DNA of 64,000 nt, taken from Tubulanus polymorphus (lineage: Eukaryota; Animalia; Nemertea). Of the stretch, positions 1 through 12,589 are shown in pieces. A program made the translations under genes and the position numbers. The stretch covers positions 19,924,210 to 19,988,209 of the forward strand of contig NC_134030.1 in NCBI RefSeq assembly GCF_964204645.1, written 5' to 3'. How positions within the stretch are numbered: position 1 is the first letter of the stretch; every line of letters begins with the position of its first letter. The notes under the pieces are model-generated. The model saw only the letters and a program-made list of their open reading frames with translations. It made no database searches and was not told the DNA's origin.

Positions 1-279
1 TACCCTTGATTTCTATGCGCACGGCAAAAACTGACCACCGATTTTTATATCGCTCTCATGTCGCATTGTTGTAAATTTGAGAAATGATTTTTACATAACT
101 GAAAACTAGAGATTCACGCGGTTTGAATGTTGCTGAAGTTGTCAAAATCCATCCATGGACAGATGAAATATGATACAACACGCATCACGGATAGTTTTTA
201 AAAAATAGAAAAAAATGACCCAACAATACGGGACAAAAGTACCCTAACAAAATGGCGGCTAGCAACTGTAAAATGGTTT
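1..279. mobile_element. Right arm of a long-TIR DNA transposon (same family as 21103-22859), inserted in the 7TM exon of copy 0
   Basis: 1-279 is colinear with 22581-22859 and ends ...GCAACTGTAAAATGGTTT. It is followed by AT and the receptor sequence (intact site ccgataATtatcgtt). Confidence 0.9.
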
Positions 280-456
280 ATTATCGTTCAGTTTTGCGCT
301 GTATTGCGAGTAGAAATACCGAACCAAGTGGCGGCTTGGTTGGCGGTACTTTTCCTACCGATCAACTCGTCACTGAATCCACTTCTTTACACCATCCTCA
401 CTATTGATATTAAATCTATTCGGGCCAGAAATAAACGCGTTTTGAAAACTCGCTGA
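280..456 (+). pseudogene. GRL101-like: 3' tail (TM6 end, TM7, C-tail) of receptor copy 0, interrupted by a transposon
   Basis: Translates IIVQFCAVLRVEIPNQVAAWLAVLFLPINSSLNPLLYTILTIDIKSIRARNKRVLKTR*, matching the other copies. A TE end lies directly upstream. Confidence 0.9.
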
Positions 457-1119
457 ACCATTCGACAGTCAAACCCTGACTATGCACTCTAATCAGAATG
501 CTGCGAAATCTTTTCAGATGAAATATATTATATACATAAACAAATACGTAGCAAACGTGTGGACTCGAGAACGAACTGATACTTGCTTATACGTTCCAAT
601 AAAAAAAACTGACGACACTTCAAGATAATATCGCAAAGTAATGAAATCATCGAATGGGTTTCGAATCGTGTCCAGAAATACGACGTAGCGATAAGAATAC
701 ACGCTAGGAGAGCTGAGTAATGTCATCTAATATGAGTTGTAACACCAATTATCCTGACAGTTAATTACGTTTATTTTATATCAGGATGATTTAAAAATTA
801 TGTAAGCTGGAAATGAAAGTGCCAAATAGTGGGACATGTTCTACGTTCATCGATTTAAAACCGTATTTGAGCGCTTCAATGTTTAATCGAAGGATAAAGC
901 TTGCGTTGCTTTCGTCCATTCAAAGTCCTACGCCCGGAGGTGGGATCACTTCAAATGCGTGTCGATCCATATGGACATTATCGGCGCTGTGAAAGGTGAT
1001 CTACGTCTTTTGAATTCAGTCGTGTCCAGTATGTTCTTGCCAGTTTCTCGTTTATTAATCTTTTGCAGCCTCGGCTTTCAACACTCCCCTGACAAAGGAT
1101 AAATATCGTCTAATGACAA

Positions 1120-1445
1120 AGGATAAGTATCGTCTAATGCACTGAGTTAGGTGTACTCGGGCCCACAACGGGAACGACAATTGAATCAATCGCTCAACAC
1201 TGATCAGAATGATTACCGAGTTCCGATGCATCTTCGCCGTGTGAACAAGTCCGTCACAGTACACAGTAAACACCGCCGACACTCGGAATTTTTCCAGACC
1301 GTACGTCCACAACGATAAGTATTCCTTCAATGAGGTGAGGCAAAATATCGCAACCAGGTATTTTAGGATCGCAAATATTCTGAGCAGGTGGTACGTACAA
1401 ATTTGTAAATTCGAGAAAAAACAATTGTAAGAAATAACCGTGAAA
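1120..1445 (-). pseudogene. Probable relic of an unrelated rhodopsin-class GPCR (TM2-TM3-ICL2 fragment)
   Basis: Minus-strand peptide YCDGLVHTAKMHRNSVIILISVERLIQLSFPLWARVHLT resembles TM3/ICL2 (C...ISVERxxxxxFPLxAR). It is preceded by TM2-like YHLLRIFAILKYLVAIF and broken by stops/frameshifts. Confidence 0.5.
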
Positions 1446-1451
1446 ATTAGC

Positions 1452-1523
1452 GTTCGAACCCCTAAGCCCTCGGTTGCCTGAAGACTAGTGACCGGCGGCT
1501 TAAAACCACTCGGCCAATGCGCC
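1452..1523 (-). mobile_element. tRNA-derived SINE head (also at 36236-36307, 48907-48978, 61861-61932)
   Basis: Reverse complement has A-box TGGCCGAGTGG and B-box GGTTCGAAC, with no complete cloverleaf. Confidence 0.6.
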
Positions 1524-3330
1524 TGTTACATGAGTTCAAAGAAGGTTTGGATTGTGTATTGAGCTTGGATCAAAATTTCCACCAGTTGTGATCTAGATGC
1601 TTAGTATACGTTAGTATACTGAACGGCATGATCGATGACCAACAATATTCACCATTGAATATACAATTTACTCACCTGTTGCACTGAAGGTTTGGGTTAC
1701 TGATATTTCTGATCGATGAACCATGCTCACGAATCGGTGTGCAAATACATTTTCTAAAAGGAGTTTAATACAAATATACAGTTTGACAGGTTGTAGTGCA
1801 GTTCGGTCGTCAAAACAACTGACGAAAATTGTAATGAATACATGTAGTTAATCTATCATGTGAAACTGAATTAACTCACAAACATCAGTTTAAGTACCGT
1901 ACTGCTATTTCCAAAATTTCGATGTATTAAATTAGGCAGCCAAGAAAATTCACTCCAAATCAGTCGCTTGCCGGTTAAAACTGAATTGAAGATTGTTTGA
2001 ATGAACCGGAACCGAATTTCCCAATTATGTACTTTGAGCAAAAAACTTTTGTAAACTCGACCGCCGATCACACAACTATATCTGTACTTCGATTATCGAT
2101 TGTAAAACCAAACCCCCTGTTTCGCTCCCGGCAGGTGTGGTGGGTTTGTAAGGGACACTCAATCAAAAAATCAAACGAAATTTACCAACCAAATAAATAA
2201 CAGGGACAATCCCTATTTTAGGAAAAAAAACACAAATGAAGAAGAGCCACAATTCAAAGTATACACGATAAACTCTAACTCCGCCCCTGAATTGTGCCGC
2301 ATTCTTAGGCAGTTTTTACTCCAAGTCTTCAAATCACGAGGAATCCACGTATTACAGAGGGCCGCATTACGTCACTGCAGAAAATGCGTCTCGTGGAGAA
2401 AATGGTGGAAGGCGGGGACTTAACAAAACTGTTTAGATGATAAAAAAGATGATGTGTTTGTCTGCTATCGTGAATATGTATTGTTAAAGGTTTTGAATAC
2501 ATATGGATTTAAAAACTTCTCGCTGCATTTCCCTTTAAGAGGACACCAAGAAGAGTCAATCAATCACCAAAGCTGTGCAATTATTTGGTTTTATTTCAAT
2601 TTGTACTTGAAGAATATATAGTATCGCGCGCAATATTTTTCATTCATTCGTCGACTGTTCTGGCTCGAGAAAACGAGATATTGTCATTTCGAAAGTATAA
2701 TACGTTGGAATAGCGACTAAGGTAAGCGTAGTGATAAAATATTATAATTTAACGATAGAAAAATGATACCTTGTTCCTCAAAAGCTTAAAAGTTGACCCG
2801 GCCGGCCGCCGCCTATCTACACTATACATTATTCTAAAAAACAAACTATTATCAGCCATTCGACAACAAGATGCGGCGGCTATTGAAACGAATGGATTAC
2901 AAATTTTATTGAAATTTACAAAATAACCCGGGCGCTGCGGAGAAACAAGGTGTCATTTTTAGCCTAAAAATAATATACTCCGATTCGTACAGCAGCAATT
3001 TCAGTAACCGGAATCTAAAATATATTTTTGAAAATGCCAAAATTGCAAATATATTTTATTCAAATTCTAGGCGAAGAAAATGCTTGCTTACACAATGACT
3101 CGCATATGTGCCTTCGCTGCGATTGTGGCCAGTGCCGTGGCGTTTGGTGAGTTAAGACTGGGAAAATAATACTCAGCTTCATGAGATTTCATAAAACGAT
3201 ATAATTCAATTCGCAGCAATTATCAGTAAACATTTATTATGCGTTTATCGACGGAACGAATTGATTCGATAGATATATTTCACAAATGACACATATACAT
3301 TGTGACAAAAACCCTGTTAATTGACCTGTA

Positions 3331-3516
3331 TTTTTTTAACACCCTGGCCCGCTAAGCGCCACGCTAGAACCGGGTTCGATTTTTTTTTTCCCAATACCCA
3401 CATCAGAGAAAAACCCCCGACCAAGAAACTCTGTCGCCTCCAGGGTTTTAACCCATAAACCCTGGATGGATGAGAGCAGTGTCAGGCGGCTTATACCACT
3501 CGGCCACTGCGCCCCC
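3331..3516 (-). mobile_element. tRNA-derived SINE (~185 bp)
   Basis: Reverse complement begins GGGGGCGCAGTGGCCGAGTGGTATAAG (A-box), has a B-box-like GGTTaAAACCC (GGTTCAAACCC in other copies) and ends GGGTGTTAAAAAAA. Confidence 0.7.
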
Positions 3517-4069
3517 ATCTGTTATCCTCATCGGGATCACCATTATAGTCCTACATCTGGGGGCGGGAGTTCCATTATTTCTTCAATTTAGGTAAAAACA
3601 TCTTTCACTTCAAAATTCAATTTTTAATTTCATGTTTTTTGAAAATATAGATTGCCATCCAAACGGCTGGACGTGTGACGATAACCTTAAGTGTTGCAGC
3701 AACACCTGTAGAGCTAGTTTTTGTTCCTGATCGTTGAGGACAAAGGTTTATAACGGGATATACTCGTGGTGGTTTGGGAAATATATCCGATTATGAAACT
3801 GAACGATAGTCAGTTTTACTGACTAGGCCGTGTACAAAAAAGCTCGCACTGAATTTATATTTGTTACCGATTCTTCATATCTTGTACTAAATTTCATTCA
3901 ATAAAACTGCGAGTAAATAAATCAATTGTCGGGTTGTTGACTGTTTTTATGATTCATTCGTCAGAGTTTTCAAAGTGATCAGAAGTGCCATTCCATCGGC
4001 GGCGAAGAACATTCATCGTCAATTAAAAAAGACTACTCGTAAGCAAAAGTCAAAAAACTACCAATTCAA

Positions 4070-4658
4070 TTATTTCAGTCCCAGGGTTTAAATGTTTCAT
4101 ATGCATCCATCCATTAAGATATTTAGAGTTTTCTGTCCTAGTTCCCGATCGGCGATTTTCTTGTGACGTCACGCAACCTCGTATGAAACTGAGGAAAACA
4201 ATATAAATTCAGTTTTAATATGCTTTAAGTGAAATCAATTTTCGTAGTTCATTGATGCTTCGATTTTTTGTTTATAAAATAGTAAGTATCATCTGCAAAC
4301 ATCGTGCAATCTAAGATGTCTATAGATTATATCAGCAATAGGTGCCGAATATAAAGAGTAAATAGAACTGGCCCCGGAACTGAACCTCGGGGACTTCCAC
4401 ATCGAAAATCAGCAATATTAACTTTACCGTTTGTAACAACTTTGTGTGTACATTCCTGAAGGTGCCTAAGATTTGAAATAATTCTGTTTTGAAGCTGATT
4501 AGCGGCCATGCGTTCGAGCATCTTTGTGGCTACAGGTAAGTAAGACAATGATCTATAATTATTCAATTAATACAGATTTAGAATTTGTGGTTTTTATCAA
4601 TTGCTCAACCGAGCATGATTTTAGTTAAACAGTTCGTAGGTACAACACCGGTTTCCAA
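4070..4658 (-). mobile_element. Decayed non-LTR retrotransposon reverse transcriptase fragment (CR1/L2-like)
   Basis: Minus-strand motifs in RT order: NYRSLSYLPVATKMLER, GSPRGSVPGPVLFTLYI (cf. GVPQGSVLGPLLF), MFADDT (4288-4299) and WM...LNPGTEII. Internally deleted and frameshifted. Confidence 0.8.
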
Positions 4659-5520
4659 ATGAGCAATTTATAATTCTAGTAACGATTGGAACAGTAACAC
4701 ACTGTTTTAGAGTTGGCGCGGGCAACTAAAGCATCTCCCTTATACTTCGCAAATCCACGACCCGCATCAAAATTCCTCGGAGCACCACGGCAAAACTGAT
4801 CATTGACGCGACTAATGGTCAGTAGCGTATATTCCAAACGAGCGATGGAAATTCGCCTATTTCAAACTGGTCATTTATGTGTAAAATACAAGCACTTGAG
4901 AGACACATGGATACGCGACATGGACTTAATAGCGTAACCTGCATTTTCAAGTGTATTAATGACTTATGCGAGCTTTCAACTTAAACTTCGTGTTGGGCGG
5001 TGATTTATTGATAGGCCATCTAGAAGGCTGAGATTGAACCGCATATTTTTTTTTGAAAAAAAACTTTCTTTCAAAATCAATTCCGAAAGATCTAGCGGTT
5101 TGAAATTAAACAAATTCGTACGGATATAGTTAATGAAATTTTGAATTGATGCAAAGGTAGAAAAGTATTGAATAATGATTTCTAGGCTCATCGTGAATAT
5201 TCGACGATTCTATAACTAAAATTACGTTCGGGTTGAATGTGTTCTGATGAAATATGTAATGTCTAATGTCTAAATTCGTGTGTGAACAAATTTGAAAAAT
5301 CGAATTTGGAATTAATTGGCCTTAAGAATTTTGGTAGGCAACATGGAATCTAGAAATTATTGCTAATTGATAAACAGATCTGTAAGCTAAAAATCCAAAC
5401 ATTTCAAATCTAGAATCAGTTTTCAAACTAATTGCGGCAGTAACTAAAAAATCAACTTAAATGAAGTGACAGCGAATTCTCTAATTGGACGAACTGTAAT
5501 TTGTGCTTGGTTGTTATTCG

Positions 5521-8500
5521 ATGAAAATGGTTTCGGTTCATTTTGTCGTGTTGATGCTGTTCGGTATGGATCGACTGAGAGCGCTGTTTATAGCGTCGCT
5601 GATCGTCTGGCGAGTTAACATCGCACACGCTGATCTGTCTGACTCTGTGACGGTCAGGTCGTCTTGTAATAACACTTGGTACCCCGTCGATTCTACGTCC
5701 GGTTACATCGTTTCACCGAATTACCCGTCGTTAACGCGCGGTGTTGAATGTCGTTGGTTCGTCAACAGCTCTTTACCGGGAACTTTCATCATCAAACTAT
5801 ACTACGACATCGAGCCGTCGATATTCTGTAGTGATAACTACCTTCTCGTCGGTGAGTCCGATAACAAATTCTGCGGTGAAGGAAAACATGAAATCCGCCG
5901 TAACGATTCGATCTCGTTGATGTTTAGAAGTGACGTCGATGGTGCGCGGGGTAGTCGGGTTTATATCATATATCGTTTGGAACGGAACAATTTGAAATTA
6001 ATTCACACCTGCGAAAAATACCATTTAAAAATCAACAAATTAACAACATCGATAGGATACAAGTTTGCTATGTTTCTAAAGCGATGTAAATTGCATTTAG
6101 AATGGATCGGGATCCCGGATGGTTTTGCTATGAATTTCACGTTTTCGCAGATAAAATTCGAATTATATCCCGGCACTGATCCAGCGACAACTGTTCAAAT
6201 TCATGACGGATGGAACAGCAGTGAACTTATTGCTGTAATACCAGAACAAAGTGGGCATCCACCTTCATCCTTTTATAGTAAGACAAACAAAGCTATGATC
6301 AGTTTCCTACTTGGGCGAAACGAAATTACATCACAACTATCAGTTCAGGTGTATAGAATATCTGATTGGAACGTCTCTAATCCGTTAATTCAAATCCCTA
6401 ATAACGAGTCTGGAGTGCTCATCCCTGATGACAACAGTTTACACGTAATAACTCGATCAAAAAACTTACACTGCTGGTCTATCACAGTGCAGGTGTTACA
6501 GTACGTCGTCTTTAACTGGACCCGTGATCTCAGCACATCCGGTGACGTCATTGGTGTATATAAACTAGAAGGGTTACGCGTTGTAGGAACTGATATTTTA
6601 CTCGATTACAACTATCTGGAATCACTGAGTGTTAAATCGGACGGCTTTCTCGTCATACTGTGCGTTTTAATAAGACCAGGTGTTTTACCGTCGAATGTGA
6701 AAATTGGATTTGAAGTGAAATCTATTTCCATAAATGACGTACGAGTGGATAAACGCTTGGTGAGTATTGTGCATTTTAATTTTAAGTTTAGGATTTTATT
6801 GCGTGTGGATCTCTGTTATTAGGTTTCATGCGTTGAGTTTTTGTTAGCGTTCTGGGAATAAATTTAACGTCTTCGAAGCCAACACGAGAAGTTAGGCGCA
6901 CTTGATCTTGGAGATTCAGATACTATGACATGAGTAAAATGACTAATGGGATGAATCAGGTGTTTAATCGGGAGGTAATTTTCGACTAAAATATTTTAGT
7001 TGGAAATAACGATTTATCACCGGTGAAAGAAATTTAATTTAAGCAAATCTAAATTACGAGTTGCTGCTTCACGTGATGAAATCGACACAGATTTGAAAAT
7101 GTTGATATGTAGTTATTACTTTAAAAACAAATGCTGATTTGTTATATTTTGTAGATAGATGATAAAAGATACGGTTTGTCTGCTCAAAATCTGTTGCCAA
7201 GATACACAAACACAAGATTAACGTATCGTATAAATACATTAGAATCTAAACGGAAAGTTGATATCTATGAGAATAGATTGAGACTAACAGTTTTATCAGA
7301 GACGTGCGAGAGAGCTGGATTTTATATATATGACGGTGGTAATTTTACAGCTAGACGCTATGGTCCGTATTGTCCTGGTTATAAATACGGTCGTCACGTC
7401 GCCAGTCTGATTACATCAGGAGGACCGGTTACTGTAGTAGCATACGCTTATAACTGGGATAAAAACTTAATAGTTTATCCAGTGTCGGATCTATTTTTCG
7501 CCCCTACTGATTGTGACGGGTTTGTTCTGCAGGAAGGTGAATATCAGATCAATATGACGTCACACTGTCTCGTGATTACACCTGAAAACCGACGCCTTCC
7601 TTTAGAAAATATTTATATATTATCAGAACACGAATATCAAATTTACACTTGTTCCCGTGGTTTAAATTCGTGTCCTGTTGTTACTCTCACAACTCAATTA
7701 CTGAATAACAGTCTCTTATTGAATCATCTGATGATAAAAGGAAGTAGTTATAGGTTCTGGAGTAATTCAATGATGATTGTACTACGACGTAAATGTTTGG
7801 TGTTGATGATCTATCAAGATTCCCCGGTACTTTCTGCTAATCAATTTGCATACATCACGCCGATGCGAGAAAAATGTGGAGTCGCACAATCACCGGAATA
7901 CCCTGGATATTTTTTTCATCGCGGCAAATCTTTGTACTACTCATTTCATTACGACAAACATTTGAATTACATCAGATTCCTTTTCAAATTCATGGGGCAA
8001 GCCTCGTGCAGCCCTTCTAGTAGTAAAACTGTTCGAGATCTGTTATTACTGGTACAGACTATCTTGAAACCCGGTAATCAGGTAAACAATATGAGGCTGC
8101 GTCGGCACGAGACTAAAATATGTGAAAATAACGCAGTACCTGGACTTTTATTATACAGTCTACTCGGGTATGACCTTTACTTTGAAGCGAAAAACTATAT
8201 ACCTTTATTTCAAATTCAATACACTTTAGAACAATCGCCTTCACAAACACATCGAAATAATGACTGCGGATCAGATTTTCTAGATTCAGGTGTTTCGTGT
8301 ATCAGATACATCAAACATGAACGTCTGAATTGGGAGAACGCTGAAATTTACTGTCAACAGAAATACGGAGGACATCTTCTCAGTATCAACATTGAACAGG
8401 AAATGATTGCCGTAAAAAAACTGTTCGCTACGAAACTTCTTCAGGAGGCGTATTCACAGGCGGCGCTGATTGTGATGATTGGATTGAAATGGCAGGTAAT

Positions 8501-11500
8501 TTCAAAGTATCGTTAAGAACATGTTTACCAAAGTTCATTTAGTTTTGAACATGATTTTGAATTTGTTACGAATTCATTCATTCTCTACTAAAAGTCTAGA
8601 ATCCTTCATATAAATTGAAACAGATTTTTGTTGGTCAACGTGTAAACTGTAACATGATCTTAATTTGATAAACTCAATTCAGACGCTTGATATAAGTTAG
8701 ATATCCAAAAGCTAATCGTCATGAACACTTCTAAAACCATTTCGATCAATGAACCCTTTCACGACCTATCCGGTATGACATACCGGATACAGAAATCACG
8801 GAATAGCCCAGTCCGGATGGCATTTTCTTTCACAGCAGAGTAGATAAACTTATGGAAGTTGTCGTTTACATCTACAGCAGCATCCAGTGAAGCAAAATTA
8901 CAATGGTGATTTTTATTGTGGGTCGTTTGGGGGTCAAATTGCCAGGCCTGGACCAAGCCTGAAAGGCCCCATAAGCTCCCCTGGCGTTAGAAATTATAAA
9001 ACAATTCGCATATGAATGAATAGTCAATTAGACACGAGCTAGATATGTTCTAAATATATTTTGATGGTTTTTACGGTCATAAATAATCGGCAAGGGGGTC
9101 CTCCAGGCATGTGACCTTGACCCTAATTTTTGGGCTTTTCTGGGGTCTTTTGGACCCTTAAAACTTTTTTTTGGCCAAAACTGATCAGAATCAAAAGACT
9201 TACACTATATAGGGACATTAGGTGCATCGATTATAAACATGATATAAGCCCTATTCTGCGAATTTTGGGGTTTTGAAGGTTTTGGGAAAAATGCCCGGGC
9301 CATTAGAGAACATATAGTACGGTCGTGAAAGGTTGAAACTGAATTTATTTTGAACAGGATGATGGTTATTACACGTGGACTGATGGGAAACCATTGAGTT
9401 ACACAGAGTGGTTTAAACCTGCTGTGATAAACGAAACGATACCAGAAGTTATTCAAGGATTGATATCTCCTCTACGAAAACAACCGATAAATGACGTCAA
9501 TATGCCGTGTACGGCGATGATACTGAATAATCCACGAGGATCAGCGAACTGGGTTCGATTCCCGTGTCAAATAGAGGAGACTCGAACAACTTTCATTTGT
9601 GAAAAAGACAACGATAACTCCTCGTCGACTAAAAATCACAAATTACCTGTTGCAGAAGAAAACTATACTTATTATTCGGGGATATTGGAATCAGATAACT
9701 CCACGTGTTTTAAAGGATGGATTGGTATAGAAGGACATTGCTATCAGATACTTACAGCCTGGGATACTCACAGATTGTCAATTCGGGAAGCTGAGGAAAT
9801 GTGTCTTAAAATCGGTGGTGAAATAGGTATAGTATCCAATGATGTTATAATTCAGCATTTGATTCAAATATTTCATTATGAACATCAATACGGTGCTATA
9901 CTGGCGAAGGCTACGGATAGTGAATTTCTTGCTCTGAATCCAGTTTTGACCAGAGATGAAATAACATATAAAAAAACGGTGAAATGGTCAGTGACTGCCT
10001 TTGATAATGTCACAGATGTAGCGCATTCAGTGCTATGTTCCTATAATGTAACTGGTGAAGAGTTGACTTCTATAAAAAGGTGTAAATCGTGGCAATTTGA
10101 ATGTAACGATCAAAGATGTATCAGCGATCATCGCGTATGTGATACCAGAAACGACTGTCAACACGGTGAAGATGAACTCGATTGTTCGGATTCAATCTTG
10201 CGCAGTCAGTTCCACTGTACTGATGAAAGAATTATATCAGTTAGTAATTTGTGTGATTTTGTACGAGATTGCGCTGACGGATCAGATGAGAACTCGTGCT
10301 ATCATACTTCATGTTCCTCTGAACAGTTTAAGTGTAGCAATGGACAATGCGTGGGTAAATATAATCGATGTGATGGACTGGTTGATTGTAAAGATAAATC
10401 TGATGAGATCGGCTGCTCTTCCGATGAATGTAACGGGTTTCTGTGTGTAAATGGAGAATGTATCAGTTCTCTGTTGTATCGGGATGGTGTTGTAGATTGT
10501 GCTGGTAGCCTCGAAGAAGATGAGATTGTCGCCAACATAACAGTTACACCAAAGATTCACTGTACTACAGAGAACTACTGTACGACTAATTTCATAAACT
10601 TATGTAAGAAATCCGAGGAACAAAGATGTTCTTTCGATTCTCCTCACTGTTATTCTAGACGTCACAGATGTATTTTAGAGAGGATGCCGATTGGTTACCC
10701 GGTATGTAGAAGGCTCGAACATATACAAGGTTGTACTGATTTCAAGTGTCCAACTGGTACTGTAAAGTGTCCAGCAACTTACTGTATACCGATGGGACAG
10801 GTGTGCGATGGTCGATCCGATTGTCCTAACTCAGAAGATGAGCGAAACTGCAAGACTTTGTCATGTCCCGGCATGTTTAAGTGTGGCCAGGAAAACAGAT
10901 GCATACCTCAATCTGAAGTTTGTGATGGTGTCGTCATTTGTTTAACATACCACTGATGACGAAGCTTTCTGTGACGTCATATGTCCAAAGGAATGTAAAT
11001 GTCAAGGTCATTTGATTGATTGCGATCATGCTGATTTCGTAGAAATTACTGATCTTTTCTCGGCATCAACTCGAGTTCTGATTTTATCAAGAAACCAAGT
11101 TGTATTCAATGAGTCAACATTTTCTTCGTACCTCTATTTACATTTCCTTAATATTTCACGTAACAATTTGTCTTATATTGTTCCAAACTCGTTCTCAAAC
11201 CTGCATAATCTACATACATTAGATCTTACATATAACCGCATAATATCATTTTCTGCGAATACATTCGCCGGTTTGTATAGTTTGGAAATACTTTTGATTT
11301 TTGGAAATCCAGTGAGATATTTAGAAGAAGGCAGTTTTCAAGGTTTAAAGTCATTAAGCAATCTCGATTTTCACGGACTTTCCTTGTCGTTACTCGATGG
11401 AAATGTGTTCAGTGGTTTATCCGCTTTAGAGTCGTTAAATATCAGCGGTAACGTGATCAAACATATTTCACGAAATGCGTTCTCCGGATTAACAAAACTA

Positions 11501-12589
11501 AGAAATCTGGATCTAACCGAAAATTCTGAAGTCATCTCCGTACAAAGAAACGTTTTTGAAAGTCTTACATTATTGAGTTCTTTGGCTTCTGACGCGTACA
11601 AATTTTGTTGCATGGTTCCGAATGTTGACCGGTGTCTCCCGGAAGCCGACCAATTTTCATCTTGTTCCGACCTTATGGGTAACACTGTTCTTAGAGCAAT
11701 CATTTGGGCGATCGCTTCATTCAGCTTTTTTGCCAACATCATCGTAATTTTACTTCGCGTTCAAGCGTTACGCATTTCATCCTCTGAATCACGTTACATA
11801 TCCTCTGATATCCTAATCATTAATATTGCCACCTGCGATTTTCTCATGTCAATTTATCTTTTTCTGATCGCTGGAGCCGATTACGTCTATAAAGGTGTTT
11901 ATTTCCTCAATTCTGAAATGTGGACAGATAGTTCACTGTGTCGACTCGCTGGGATTTTAGTAACTCTTTCGTGCGAAGGGTCTTTGCTTTTTCTCCTGAT
12001 TCTAACCCGTCAAAGATACTCGAATATCGTCGATCCATTTTCTGGAAGCCCAATTATATCATCGACATATGTGTTCGGTATTTGCTGTATATGCTGGATC
12101 ATTTTGGGCAACATTTCAATGCTACCGTTGTCGTCATCTTCTTATTTCGGACATAACTTTTACGGCACAACTGGTGTTTGTTTACCAATGAATTTACTAT
12201 CCATCGATGTCCACGCCTGGCAATATTCATTCGCTATTTTTGCCGTGTTTAACTCGGTCGTACTTGCTACAATAATGATGACGTATGCACAGATGTATAG
12301 ACTCGTATCTGGAAGCAGGTCCGGCTCGGGTAGAGCAGATCCTACCGAATTGGTTCTGGCGCGTAGGAGTTTAGTGATAAATCTGTGTAATTTATTTTGC
12401 TGGTTACCGATAATTATCGTTCAGTTTTGCGCTGTATTCCGAGTAGAAATACCGAATCAAGTGGCGGCTTGGTTGGCGGTACTTTTCCTACCGATTAACT
12501 CGTCACTGAATCCACTTCTTTACACCATCCTCACTATTGATGTTAAATCTATTCGGGCCAGAAATAAACGCGTTTTGAAAACTCGCTGA
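5521..12589 (+). pseudogene. GRL101-like: Copy 1 CUB-CTL-LDLa-LRR-7TM receptor; +1 frameshift before the LRRs (truncated ectodomain or pseudogene)
   Basis: Exons 5521-6759, 7155-8495, 9358-12589 (GTGAGT/TTTTGTAG, GTAATT/AACAG, all phase 0). Exon 3 is 3232 nt versus 3231 in intact copies. Frameshift at ~10936-10945, stop at 10954-10956. Confidence 0.88.
8754..9333. mobile_element. piggyBac-like non-autonomous element (580 bp) in intron 2 of copy 1
   Basis: TIRs CCCTTTCACGACC / GGTCGTGAAAGGT. 4-bp duplication TGAA at 8750-8753 and 9334-9337. The empty site caaTGAAactg is present in other copies. Confidence 0.8.

Noticed and set aside
1091-1139. 24-bp direct repeat as a CRISPR-like or regulatory array
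   Set aside because: Only two adjacent units with no spacers, in a eukaryotic context; a simple tandem duplication.
1452-1523. Functional tRNA gene
   Set aside because: A and B boxes are present, but I could not fold acceptor and anticodon stems; better explained as a SINE head. The same applies to 3440-3516.
5481-5490. Reverse CCAAT box upstream of the ATG
   Set aside because: The transcription start is unknown and a non-coding upstream exon cannot be excluded; the motif is too short to support.
10097-12156. Overlapping alternate-frame and antisense ORFs recurring in each copy
   Set aside because: Shadows of the main CDS, repeated only because the copies are near-identical.
5503-12589. 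Treating the 3-4 ORFs per unit as separate genes or an operon
   Set aside because: Conserved GT-AG sites join them in frame, the lectin motif is split across intron 2, and the GTG/TTG starts are ORF-caller artefacts.
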